This document shows, in pieces, positions 21,469 through 31,434 of a stretch of DNA of 64,000 bases (the first letter of the stretch is position 1; each line of letters begins with the position of its first letter). Below the pieces are notes generated by a model that did no database searches, was not told where the DNA came from, and saw only the letters and a program-made list of their open reading frames with translations. The position numbers and the translations under genes are program-made. Source of the stretch: Sphingobium sp. (lineage in GTDB: Bacteria > Pseudomonadota > Alphaproteobacteria > Sphingomonadales > Sphingomonadaceae); contig SPEL01000006.1 in NCBI GenBank assembly GCA_009360885.1, positions 6,303 through 70,302 on the forward strand, read 5' to 3'.

Positions 21469-22647
21469 TTAGGACACTGTCGGTTGGGCGCGCCCCAGCA
21501 ACAGCATCGCAGCCAGTGATGCCAGCGCGATAACCGGCCCTGCGATCAGCCCAACCCCATTGGCCAGCAATAAAAGCAGCACCGCGCTGCCCGGTGTGAA
21601 AATGGCCCACGCAGGAACAGAAAAAGGACGTTTTTGGTATAACGCAACCGTGATGATCGCGACCGCAATCGCCATATGCAGCCCATCGGAGGACAGTCCT
21701 CTTTGCTGCCCCATAAGCGCAATTCCGCCCGCCACTAATAATTCGCTACCCAGTCGCAGCCTGCCATCCTGCGCACCTGCAATGCGCCCAACAGCCGCCA
21801 CCTGATCGGCCACAATCGCCGTCAATAAGGACAGCAGAAACAGCAATAGCCCTGCAGTTGTCCATCCCGGCACCATCAGCGCCAGCCCCAACGCGGCCAT
21901 AGCAATAGCCGCAAGGGAAATATGGCGGGAGGGTATCTGCAAACGCAATATACGCGGCGCAATGAAGCGAGCGACCGGTTCCAGCAAATAGCGCTCCACA
22001 CCTGCTCGCTGCGCCTGTATTGTGGTATCAGCGACAAGGGAACGAGATACGAGATCCGCTGTATCCTGCCGGTCTATAAGGGCGATCCGACCTTCTGTAA
22101 CATCGCTACGCGGTGCCAATATACGCTGCGGGGCGGATTGCACAGTCGCACGAAAAAGCGTCAGGACAAAATCCCAGTCACCAATAAGATCCAGCGTGCT
22201 GAAAAGGGTTTGGGGTGAGAGGCGCGCTACCCCGGCCCAGCGGTGCAATGTATCAATGCGTTCCAGATGGCTGGTTTCCGCGCCATCCTCTACCACCAGC
22301 AATGCATCCCCCTGCACGTCGGCAAGCCTCGCGACATGGGACTGATTCACCACCATACCATCGGCAAAGAGCAGTACATCTGCATCTCGCGGCAGCAATC
22401 GCATTAGGCTCGTCATATCGCGGATAAGATGCACCTCTATGCCATCACCGATCAGATGATCGACAATGCGCGACAATTGCGGCGTGACCGCATCTACAAC
22501 GATGAATAATTCACTGGCACCAGCCGCAGAGGCCTGCCTCGCCTGATACTCAATCAATGTCTGGGCCGCAAAAATGATCTGGCCACGGATGATATCCGGA
22601 TGATCAGATGAAGGTGCAGTTGCGCATAATATGGCGGCCAGCGGCAT
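21469..22647 (-). CDS. Membrane protein with degenerate nucleotidyltransferase-like N-terminus
   Basis: QTLIEYQARQASAAGASELFIV resembles the NTP-transferase fold; C-terminal TM helices. Confidence 0.6.
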   Translation of the reverse strand: MPLAAILCATAPSSDHPDIIRGQIIFAAQTLIEYQARQASAAGASELFIVVDAVTPQLSRIVDHLIGDGIEVHLIRDMTSLMRLLPRDADVLLFADGMVVNQSHVARLADVQGDALLVVEDGAETSHLERIDTLHRWAGVARLSPQTLFSTLDLIGDWDFVLTLFRATVQSAPQRILAPRSDVTEGRIALIDRQDTADLVSRSLVADTTIQAQRAGVERYLLEPVARFIAPRILRLQIPSRHISLAAIAMAALGLALMVPGWTTAGLLLFLLSLLTAIVADQVAAVGRIAGAQDGRLRLGSELLVAGGIALMGQQRGLSSDGLHMAIAVAIITVALYQKRPFSVPAWAIFTPGSAVLLLLLANGVGLIAGPVIALASLAAMLLLGRAQPTVS

Positions 22648-22761
22648 GAAATTACCCGTAATGATGGAAAACAGCGCCCTTTATTCGCACCAAGGCGCTC
22701 AGCACGCAAGCCGCAGAAGCAGCAAAGCATCTGTATGAGGCCAGAATTCGACCTCTATAAA

Positions 22762-23064
22762 TCAATCAGCAGAGAGAGAAATTACCATCTGTCGCAGGCG
22801 ATCAACCTGCAAGGCATCACAGGCCCTGCTTTGCTCCACCTCGTCAATCAACGCCAGTACAGATATAATACCGAAGCTACCGCACAACCCCTTCAGCCGC
22901 CACAAGGCCTGCTGCCAGCTATCACTATCCGTTGCTCGTTCCAGCAGAGCGATCTGCCGATCAGCACTTTCCAGAAAAGCGCGACGCAATTCATAAGTTA
23001 GTGCAGGATCATCACCCACAGCAACTGCCAGCGCGGCATCCAGATTGAACCCTTCATAAGCCAT
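22762..23064 (-). CDS. Stand-alone Hpt-like protein lacking the phospho-acceptor His
   Basis: GDDPALTYELRRAFLESADRQIALL..ALWRLKGLCGSFG (HxLKG position reads WRLKG). Confidence 0.7.
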   Translation of the reverse strand: MAYEGFNLDAALAVAVGDDPALTYELRRAFLESADRQIALLERATDSDSWQQALWRLKGLCGSFGIISVLALIDEVEQSRACDALQVDRLRQMVISLSAD

Positions 23065-23148
23065 AAATACCATTGTATAGGCCAGAAGGTTAAAAGGCGA
23101 TTGAAAAATCAGATTGGCGCTTATCAAAAAGCTGTTACAAAACGACGC

Positions 23149-25497
23149 ATGAATAGGGAACAAAATGTGGTGGGTCTGCAATATGGGGGACCAATGGCAC
23201 ATAATCATGCAATAGAAGAGCATTTCTCATTGACGGAAGAACAGGAATCCATGTCTCGAAATGATGAGGATACCGCTCTTCATAACGCTTTTTGGTCTGA
23301 GGATGTTCATCTTCAGGAAGACCCTGTTCGCAAAAGCTCCTCCTGGACCACATTTGGCGGCATAATTTCTGCGTTATTGGCAATGAGTTGGGTTGGCTTC
23401 TGCATATGGCTGCTTGCCCGACGCAATTTCGCATTACCTACGCCCGAACAAATTCCTGCCACCCTGGCCTATGTTGCCATCCCTCTCATCCTTATCCTCG
23501 TCTTTTATCAGCTTCTGGTACGCAGCAGCATGGGCGAAGCAAATCGTTTTACCCGCATTGCATCCCGCTTGCGGCAAGAAAGTGAAGCGCTGGATATGCG
23601 CCTTGCTATCGTCAACCAACAGCTCGATACCGCTCGCGACGCCATGCGGGAACAGGCTGGCTTGCTAGAAAATTATGGTGCAGCCGCCAGCATCAACCTC
23701 GAATCATCCGCTAAAAAACTGGCACAATATGCGGTGGACTCAGCGCAGCAGGCGACCCAGATTGAACAGACTGGTGCCACCCTTGCCCGGCAATTTGGCC
23801 AACTGACCGAGGCTCTGCCTCATTTGCAGGAACGTACCGCGCAAATGGCTGGCATATTGACCGATGGCAGCAACACCCTCGCTGAAAAGGTAGACAGGCT
23901 AGAAGCCCGGCTCGATTCGCTCGTCAACCTGATGGATGAAGCCCGCTCACGCACCCTGAACGCAACACAGAGCCTAACGGCGCAACTGACCCAGATTCAG
24001 GACGCCTCTCGCTCTGCCGGGGATGAAGTCAGCGGCCTCGCCGAACTAAGCGCCCACCGCATTGGCACCACCATCGATCAGGTCCGGCAAGCACTGGACC
24101 GTACAGGTACGGTGATCGATACACAAATGGCCGATCTCAGCCATCTTGTAGAACGGTCCCATAATGCACTGGGCGATATTGGCGGGAGGGCTATTGCCGC
24201 TTATGGTGAAAGCATTGACCGCATCGAACAACGCCTACGGTCGCTGGATCAGATCGTCGGTGAGCAAAGCGATTTACTCTCTGGCATCGGTGATGAGCTG
24301 ACCGGCCGGGTTGATCGCGCCAGCATAAGATTCAAAGAATTTGAAGCGCAAGGCGTATCAGGCGCTGAAAAGCTCGCCAATATATTGGATGGTCTCACCC
24401 AGCGCACCAACCAGCTCGACGGGGCATTACAGACTGGCAACCGCACCATAGAGGCGGTGATTACCCGCTCCGAATCTCTGCTGCTTGCGCTGGATGCCAG
24501 TGCGCGCGAACTGGATGAGAGTCATCCATCCGCCCTAGCCCGTCTGGATGATAGAATCGATCAGAGCCGCCGTCTGCTAGTGGCGCTGACACCCGAAATT
24601 GAACGTCTGGAAGCAGTCGCATCTGCCATATTGGGGCAAGCGAAGGAATCTGGCGAGTTGCTAACCGGGCAATCTCAGCAACTTGCAACATGGCTGGAAA
24701 ATGGAGAGCAATCCCTCGCCAGCAATATTGAACATGTCACCGCTCTGCATAATGCTATGGAGGCAGCAGATGTCGAGGCTCGCCGCCTCAGCGACAGTTC
24801 AGGGCCACAGCTTGTCGCAACGCTGCTGCGTATTAGGGAAACTGCGGATCAAGCCGGAGAACGGGCGCGCCATGCCTTATCGCAAGCTATTAGCGCTGCA
24901 ACGGATGAACTTGGCACATTGAGTGAACAGGCCCTCACAGAGCGGCTGGGCCAGAAATTTCAGGCACGGATGGAAGAAATCAGCACCGTTGCTGATCAAG
25001 CCGTTAAGGCTGCCCATGCTGCATCAGATCGCCTGATGCGGCAATTGCTGACGATTGCCGATACCACTGCCAACATCGAAGCGCGCATCAGCGAAGCAGA
25101 GGAAGCCAATGCGCAACGTGATAAGGAAAATATTTCTAATCGCTCAGCATTGCTGATTGAATCCCTGAACAGCATATCCATTGATGTCGCCAAATTGCTG
25201 GGGCAGGATGTCAGTGATTCCAACTGGACGACCTATCTTAAAGGAGACAGAGGCGTCTTCACACGCCATGCCGTGCGCCTTATCGATAGTGGAGAAGCCC
25301 GCTCCATCAGCCAGCTATATGACAGTGATGATGCGTTCCATAGCTATGTAAATCGCTATATTCATGATTTTGAGGCAATGCTGCGTAACGTGCTGAGCGC
25401 ACGGGATGGTAGTGCCCTTGGCGTTACCCTGCTCTCATCAGATATGGGTAAGCTCTATGTCGCATTGGCGCAGGCGATAGATCGCTTAGAAAAATAA
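23149..25497 (+). CDS. Two-TM long coiled-coil protein, TipN/GPR-like polar landmark candidate
   Basis: Two TM segments, ~600 aa heptad-rich helical region, C-terminal YLKGDRGVFTR..VNRYIHDFEAML..LLSSDMGKLYVALA. Confidence 0.6.
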   Translation: MNREQNVVGLQYGGPMAHNHAIEEHFSLTEEQESMSRNDEDTALHNAFWSEDVHLQEDPVRKSSSWTTFGGIISALLAMSWVGFCIWLLARRNFALPTPEQIPATLAYVAIPLILILVFYQLLVRSSMGEANRFTRIASRLRQESEALDMRLAIVNQQLDTARDAMREQAGLLENYGAAASINLESSAKKLAQYAVDSAQQATQIEQTGATLARQFGQLTEALPHLQERTAQMAGILTDGSNTLAEKVDRLEARLDSLVNLMDEARSRTLNATQSLTAQLTQIQDASRSAGDEVSGLAELSAHRIGTTIDQVRQALDRTGTVIDTQMADLSHLVERSHNALGDIGGRAIAAYGESIDRIEQRLRSLDQIVGEQSDLLSGIGDELTGRVDRASIRFKEFEAQGVSGAEKLANILDGLTQRTNQLDGALQTGNRTIEAVITRSESLLLALDASARELDESHPSALARLDDRIDQSRRLLVALTPEIERLEAVASAILGQAKESGELLTGQSQQLATWLENGEQSLASNIEHVTALHNAMEAADVEARRLSDSSGPQLVATLLRIRETADQAGERARHALSQAISAATDELGTLSEQALTERLGQKFQARMEEISTVADQAVKAAHAASDRLMRQLLTIADTTANIEARISEAEEANAQRDKENISNRSALLIESLNSISIDVAKLLGQDVSDSNWTTYLKGDRGVFTRHAVRLIDSGEARSISQLYDSDDAFHSYVNRYIHDFEAMLRNVLSARDGSALGVTLLSSDMGKLYVALAQAIDRLEK

Positions 25498-25981
25498 TCC
25501 GATATAGAGGGCATGGTTAAGGCGGTTATCCTTGATGGATGGCCGCCTTCATCATGTCACATTATATTTTGATTATATATTATCACTCTTGAGCGCCTCG
25601 CTCAGAATCACAGTATCTCACATGCATGAGTATCAGGCAGCACCGAGGCATCTCCTTTTTCCCGAAGGCTAGCGATCCTGTAAAGCTCGCCCTTTCTTGA
25701 TATCGGCTATTGGCGCGATCATAATTTGATAGGGCAGAAGGCATTTAGCCCCTACTTAAAAAACGAAGCTATATAAGCTGTAGGTCGCTAGTTTTCTACG
25801 CCGCACTATGCGGTTTATACCTGACTTTCAGAAACGCCAACACAGACTGCCAATATCAGAGCATCTCTGATTTCCGCCAAGCAAGGTATCACCATTCTCT
25901 GCAATGATGGCGCTCTCCCTCAACCGCAAAGATCATCTACGGCAGCCACATTTCGCGATTTCTGCAAGAGAAATAATGAAC

Positions 25982-26019
25982 AAAAAAGGGCCAGCCATAA
26001 GGCCAGCCCTTTCGTTTTT
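25982..26019 (-). terminator. Terminator after the ompA-family gene
   Basis: AAAAAAGGGC..GCCCTTT hairpin with a T tract on the minus strand. Confidence 0.6.
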
Positions 26020-26062
26020 CGTAAAGTGAAGAGCGCTTTCACACTCTTCACTCCTATTTGGA

Positions 26063-27160
26063 TCAGTTACCCGAACCCGGACCGTAGGTGATTTCCACAC
26101 GACGGTTCTGCGGTTCACGTACGCCATCAGCGGTTTCAACGCGTGGCTTGCTTTCACCGAATGCTTCGGAAGAAATAACGCCTTCCGAAATGCCACGGGA
26201 AACCAGATAACCACGAACCGAAGCGTTACGACGTTCGGACAGGCCGACGTTGTACTTCGCGCTACCTGCACGGTCAGCGTGACCAGCAAGCATAACCTGT
26301 GCGCTACCGCAGTTCGCATAAGCCGAAACAGCGTTATCAAGAACAGTTGCGGCATCAGGCGAAACGTTCGACGAGTCGAAGTCGAAGAACACGATGTACG
26401 GCCCAGGTGTGCATTCCACAACCGGCGGCGGCGGCGGCGGAGGCGGTGGGGGTGGCGGCGGTGGCGGCGGAGGCGGCGGAGGAGCAGCTTCCGGCGCGGA
26501 GCCGAAGTTGTAGGTCAGGCCAACCAACAAGCTGTGCGTACGCACATCGGTATCAACCGCCGTGCCAACCGGTGCGAAAGCAGCAGTCGGACGGGTGCTG
26601 GTTACCAGATCAATGTTCTGGTGGTTATAGAAACGATACTTCAGCGAAGCGTCGATCCGGTCAGACAGCGGGAAACGAATGCCCGCCAGAACCTGCCATG
26701 CGAAACCTGTGTCGGAATCGTCGGTGGTCAGAGTGTAGAGGTGGGTACGGGCAACACCAGCACCACCGCCAACAAAGCCCTGCAGGCCATCGTCAGGACC
26801 GAAGTCAAGCAGGCCGTTCAGCATGAAGCTAAGCGAACGAACATTGCCGCGGGTGCTACCCGTCAGGCCGTTGGCATAGTTGTTGACGTCAGTCCATGCA
26901 CGACGAAAACCAACTTCGGTTTCGAGACGGAAACCGCCAAAGTCATAACCGATAACGCCGTCTACATCATAGCCGGTGTTATAGTCGACAGTGCTGCTGG
27001 AGTTACCAGTAGCCGGAGCCACTGCACGTGCATTTACGTCCACGTCTTCCACGATCATCGCACCGCCATCGACGCCAATATACCAGGCATCATCGCGGGC
27101 GAGAGCGGGCGAAGCCATCGCGGTCGTCGCAAGAGCTGCTACAAGAGCAAGCTTCCGCAT
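26063..27160 (-). CDS. OmpA family outer membrane protein
   Basis: Signal peptide, beta-barrel, 20-Pro linker, GHADRAG..NVGLSERR..NRRVEI. Confidence 0.95.
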   Translation of the reverse strand: MRKLALVAALATTAMASPALARDDAWYIGVDGGAMIVEDVDVNARAVAPATGNSSSTVDYNTGYDVDGVIGYDFGGFRLETEVGFRRAWTDVNNYANGLTGSTRGNVRSLSFMLNGLLDFGPDDGLQGFVGGGAGVARTHLYTLTTDDSDTGFAWQVLAGIRFPLSDRIDASLKYRFYNHQNIDLVTSTRPTAAFAPVGTAVDTDVRTHSLLVGLTYNFGSAPEAAPPPPPPPPPPPPPPPPPPPPVVECTPGPYIVFFDFDSSNVSPDAATVLDNAVSAYANCGSAQVMLAGHADRAGSAKYNVGLSERRNASVRGYLVSRGISEGVISSEAFGESKPRVETADGVREPQNRRVEITYGPGSGN

Positions 27161-27375
27161 ATCTTTCCCCTTTCAAAATGGTCACTAAGACTGCGTAAAC
27201 CCACTACTCTGTCCAAAGTTGCATGGCAAGCCAAGTTTTCTTGCCAGAGGATGAACACACCAGATACAAAGTTGGTAGATGCGGGCAGGCAACAGTTTAG
27301 CTCTCAAATGTAAATAAAATACAACCAAAAGCTATTTTTTATTGCAAAATCGCTTTTTCTGCATGCGTAAATCGT

Positions 27376-27897
27376 TCATTCCGCTTCGATAAGGCCATGC
27401 CCTTCCAATAAGGCAAGTATCTGCGTCAATTTACTGCGCGCTTCGACATCAATGACCGTACCACCAGCCGGTACTGAAATATGCGCACCCTGTCCGCCCA
27501 GAATATGTTTACCGCCAATATAAAGCCCGTCCATCTGGGCCGGACATAAAACCCATTGCGCACCATCATATATCCAGAAACGACCGGTACTTTCTGATGC
27601 ATCGACCGACGTAATCCGCATTCCCGGTTGCGGCGCAACAAAGCGCCACCCACCCGATGTGTAACAGGCCAGCCAGTTTCCTTTCCCGTTCCATTCTCCG
27701 CTGGAATCCTCAGCAATAACCCAGCATTGACCGACAACAGGATGTTCAGGCGGAACAGAGCGCCCCACCTCCTCTGCTCGCATATGCAAAAGCACATCAA
27801 TCAGCGTTAATGCTTCATTATGGGTGATTTCTTTTTGCGCCTGTCCTGCCGCCAGAAAGGGCAATGCGAAGCGATCACTACTCAGCGCTACGGCCAT
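27376..27897 (-). CDS. DUF2793 protein (GTA head-spike-base-like)
   Basis: RFALPFLAAGQAQKEITHNEAL..GWRFVAP.PG. Confidence 0.85.
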   Translation of the reverse strand: MAVALSSDRFALPFLAAGQAQKEITHNEALTLIDVLLHMRAEEVGRSVPPEHPVVGQCWVIAEDSSGEWNGKGNWLACYTSGGWRFVAPQPGMRITSVDASESTGRFWIYDGAQWVLCPAQMDGLYIGGKHILGGQGAHISVPAGGTVIDVEARSKLTQILALLEGHGLIEAE

Positions 27898-27925
27898 GAA
27901 TAATCTCCGTCTGATATGAATAGAA

Positions 27926-30145
27926 TCAAAGCACCAAAGGAAGAACCGCTGACCTGCCGATTCCATAAGTGCCGATCTGCTGAACACTGAAGGTTATCCC
28001 TCCTGCAGCCCACTGCGCCCGATCTTCGTCCATTGCGGCGGAATCATAACGCCATTCCGGCGCAATTACTTCCGCCTGCCGAATCACGCCCCCCGCACCG
28101 GTTAACGTAATCAGATATCGCTCCTGCTCTTCCCCCAAAGGAGCATCTACATGATCCGCCCAATGCCAGCCATTACGGCTGCGCCGGGTCCAGCTAAGCT
28201 GCCACTCCTCACCTTGGAAAATAGCCTGTAAATGCACAGGAGAGAGCGGTATTATCGCCTGCCCCATGATAGTTTCACGCGATTGGACAGGGATAGTATC
28301 CCCGACCCCGATCGCATTAATGGAAAGGTTCATACCTGCTTGAAACATATTAGCCGGTATCGGGAACAGGCTTTGCTCCTCCAGCATCACGAAGCGTTCT
28401 CCCGGAAGATGCTCCGTCATCGCCCATTCGGTGCCACGCCGACCGCGCAGCAAATGTCCCAACCGCCAACGAGCCGAACCGATGGGGATAGCCCGCCCGA
28501 ACTGAATGACCTCTTGCCCCACCAAGGCTCGATTCGCGCCTGCCAACAGCGCAGCGTCGTCTGCGCCGGTCAGTTCCATATGATCGTGCAGCAGTTCGAT
28601 TTCGATCACTGATTTGTCATCAAACAGCGCAGAGCAGCCCCCTTCATCCGGCAGGCTATGCACCTGCCCCATCACAGCCGGAGGAGCGCTGGCCCCCAAA
28701 GAAGTCAGCCCGCCAGTCGCTATGTCCTCAATAAACAGCTCCGCCATCCGCCAGCCTTGTTCTCGCCCAGCAGCAGCAACCACAACCAGCGGCGCAGTTG
28801 CCAATTCACCCCCTGCTGGCGGTAAATCAGCAACAATCAGGCTGGTGGGACCATGCAACGAATCGTTTTGCTGCACCCCATCGCCAGAGCTGGCGGGTAA
28901 CGTTATGGGAACACCCCCACTCAGACGCTTCAGCCGTAACCGCACGGCCATGGCTTCCCACTCGCATTCCTCAACGCGCCACAGGCCGGAATGCCCCTCA
29001 ACCTGAACTTTCATGGCAGGGGTTAGCGATAATGCTCGCCAGTCACAGCGCAATTCCATGATGCTGCGTCCAGCCCAATGCCGTCGCAACCGCATTTCCG
29101 CGAGCGACCTCGCCGCAGAAGCCTCTAATGATGCAGGCAGATCCAGCGCCCCCCCCTGCCATCCGGCCCCCGGCCTCTGTGCGCCCTGCGCCCCGGCCTG
29201 ATAATCCCGCGCAGGATCATAATAACGAACAGTCAGGCTCTGCGGCACATCCTCAACGCGGCCACGAGAAAGGCTGATGCCTCGTTCCTCCGCGCCATTG
29301 AATCGCGCACCCATCCATGATGCCGGGATGAGAATTTCTCCAAACTCCTGCACTAGTTGCAGGTGCTGTTCGCCGCTCACCAGCGCCATATCCAGTGCAT
29401 CAGAAAGCGGAGCGAGGGCATCCGCCATAGTCGCACCCGTTGCCGCATAGCCGATGACCGATGGTGTATCTTGCCCCGCCTGATCTGTCCCCGCCCGATC
29501 AGTAATAACGCCCCGGCTAAGATCATGTGCAATAGTCGTGATAGCGACCGCGCCATCATCAGCGATCACTTCAAAGGTCAGCGAGGGGATACGATTGCCG
29601 TAATCGCCGAGTTGCATATCCTCAAACACACCATAGGCAATGCCACGATGGGCAGGCGTTGCCCCCGCCCCCTTATGCGCGGCTATCAGCGGATCAACCG
29701 GCTGATCTTCCCCACCAAGATGCACGCGAAAGGCGCCCAACGAGGTTTTAAAATCTCGGCCCGCGCCACGCAGTAAATTGCCATCAGCCCATATGCGCCG
29801 TACAGCCTTTATCGGCCGCGAAGATAACGCCACTGCGAAGCTGGCGCTATAGCTATAGGTCGTGACTTTGGGCTGTCCTTTACCTCCGCCCTGACGCTGG
29901 CGATGCTCTATAAGGTCCGTCGCCCAGATGACGCTGCCTGCCACTCGCATTGCCCCATAGAGGCGTGGCAGACCATCCCCATAGCGCGAAGTCTGCACGC
30001 GCAAATCAGAGAGGCGCGCGCCCTGCCGCCCCTTAGGCGCAAAGAGTATCTGATTATCAATCACCTGCCCCAGAGTCGCACCGATTGCAGCACCAATCGG
30101 CCCGCCCAGCGCCGTCCCCACAACGGTCAGCACCATTGTTGCCAT
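27926..30145 (-). CDS. GTA baseplate/host-specificity protein (g15 megatron-like, short form)
   Basis: MATMVLTVVG..GGPIG, YSYSASFAVAL, RIWADG, PAHRGIAY, GNRIPSLTFEV, LLRGRRGTE. Confidence 0.88.
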   Translation of the reverse strand: MATMVLTVVGTALGGPIGAAIGATLGQVIDNQILFAPKGRQGARLSDLRVQTSRYGDGLPRLYGAMRVAGSVIWATDLIEHRQRQGGGKGQPKVTTYSYSASFAVALSSRPIKAVRRIWADGNLLRGAGRDFKTSLGAFRVHLGGEDQPVDPLIAAHKGAGATPAHRGIAYGVFEDMQLGDYGNRIPSLTFEVIADDGAVAITTIAHDLSRGVITDRAGTDQAGQDTPSVIGYAATGATMADALAPLSDALDMALVSGEQHLQLVQEFGEILIPASWMGARFNGAEERGISLSRGRVEDVPQSLTVRYYDPARDYQAGAQGAQRPGAGWQGGALDLPASLEASAARSLAEMRLRRHWAGRSIMELRCDWRALSLTPAMKVQVEGHSGLWRVEECEWEAMAVRLRLKRLSGGVPITLPASSGDGVQQNDSLHGPTSLIVADLPPAGGELATAPLVVVAAAGREQGWRMAELFIEDIATGGLTSLGASAPPAVMGQVHSLPDEGGCSALFDDKSVIEIELLHDHMELTGADDAALLAGANRALVGQEVIQFGRAIPIGSARWRLGHLLRGRRGTEWAMTEHLPGERFVMLEEQSLFPIPANMFQAGMNLSINAIGVGDTIPVQSRETIMGQAIIPLSPVHLQAIFQGEEWQLSWTRRSRNGWHWADHVDAPLGEEQERYLITLTGAGGVIRQAEVIAPEWRYDSAAMDEDRAQWAAGGITFSVQQIGTYGIGRSAVLPLVL

Positions 30146-30172
30146 GCTTATATTCCTTTTCAGGATGAAAAA

Positions 30173-30592
30173 TTAAGGGAAGGAGCGCCAGACGCTTATC
30201 ACTGGCCACGGTGATAGACCCGGCATTTCCACCACCCGACGCAGCCCGGCATGGGCATGGATAAAGCCTTCACCTGTCGCCACCATCAGATGATGCTGCG
30301 CCGGGCCGGGGCGCACCATGACAATGTCGCCGGGCTGATGATTCGATGCGCGCTGTAATCCGGCGGCGATCAGGGCCGCCTGCTGCTGCGCCAGATTTCC
30401 ACCACGCATATGATAGCCAGTGGGAACGACGTGCGCTGCCCTCCTGCAGCCCGCCCCCTCAAGAGCGCAAACCACCAGCCCTACACAATCCAGCCCGGTT
30501 GCCGGGTCCCGGCCATGCAAACGAAAAGCCCCCCCCACGCACGTCCGTGCCGCATCAACTATGGCCTGCCCGACATCCCTGTCCTCCGCCAC
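30173..30592 (-). CDS. NlpC/P60 peptidoglycan peptidase (GTA g14)
   Basis: GLDCVGLV, QHHL, FIHAHAG. Confidence 0.88.
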   Translation of the reverse strand: MAEDRDVGQAIVDAARTCVGGAFRLHGRDPATGLDCVGLVVCALEGAGCRRAAHVVPTGYHMRGGNLAQQQAALIAAGLQRASNHQPGDIVMVRPGPAQHHLMVATGEGFIHAHAGLRRVVEMPGLSPWPVISVWRSFP

Positions 30593-31434
30593 TAAAAGGC
30601 TCCCGGATAACGAGTGAGCAGATCACTGCCGGGCAGATAAGGCTCCCCCCGAAAATTAACGGCATTAGCAAAACGCGCCCGGCAACTTTCCAGCCGTTTA
30701 TCGCACCCTTGCGTTAATAAGGCCCGTGTACCGACTTCAACCGCGAATATCGGTATATCCGCCAAGGTGACCGATGATGTGTCATTGGCGAGGATAGATT
30801 GGGTCAGCCCGCAATTTCTTCCCTCCATCCAGCGCAAAGTGCCAAAGGCATAATCGCCCGCGCTAAGGCCGCCACCCTCGACACGCACCACTTCTTCCTC
30901 CATCGCCGCAACGCGCACAACATATTGACGCCCGGCGAGGTCAACCCGGCAGGCATTATCCCCCAAACGCGCCCGGCAACCCGGCGATGTTTCAGGGATG
31001 ACCGGCTGACCCAGCACCGCATTGGGGCCACGCAATTCGACCGAAAAGGCATCCCCCTTTTGCTCTACCGAACCAAGAGTGCCGCGCATCAATTCCAACC
31101 AGAGTTCACCCGGCATCTCCCACTGGGTGAGGTGCAGCCAAAGCATCGCACCATCCCACCGCCCGGCACGCATATCCTCTTCGCTAATCGCATCGCTGCT
31201 GAGTGCCCCCTGAAGGTCCATGCTTTCGACCTCCATCCCTATGCCACGGGAGAAAGCCGAAGGGACAAGCCCCGGCGCGGCGCGATAGGGGAAGCCTGCG
31301 ACAACCATATCCCGGTCATGACTGGTGAGGCCCAGCGCCACACCATCCCGCCGTTCCAGCCGCCAGCAAAAAGCCAGCGTCGAGAGTGGCTGATCCAGAA
31401 AATTCACCTGTCCGTTACCAACCGCCCCACTCAT
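30592..31434 (-). CDS. DUF2163 baseplate hub (GTA g13)
   Basis: CWRLERRDG..TSHDRD, CRARLGDNAC, GCDKRLESCRARFANAVNFRGEP. Confidence 0.9.
   Translation of the reverse strand: MSGAVGNGQVNFLDQPLSTLAFCWRLERRDGVALGLTSHDRDMVVAGFPYRAAPGLVPSAFSRGIGMEVESMDLQGALSSDAISEEDMRAGRWDGAMLWLHLTQWEMPGELWLELMRGTLGSVEQKGDAFSVELRGPNAVLGQPVIPETSPGCRARLGDNACRVDLAGRQYVVRVAAMEEEVVRVEGGGLSAGDYAFGTLRWMEGRNCGLTQSILANDTSSVTLADIPIFAVEVGTRALLTQGCDKRLESCRARFANAVNFRGEPYLPGSDLLTRYPGAF

Noticed and set aside
25500-25980. Possible gene or sRNA in the 480-nt spacer before ompA
   Set aside because: Only a terminator-like hairpin near 25511-25557 is evident; no credible ORF or nested structure was found by eye
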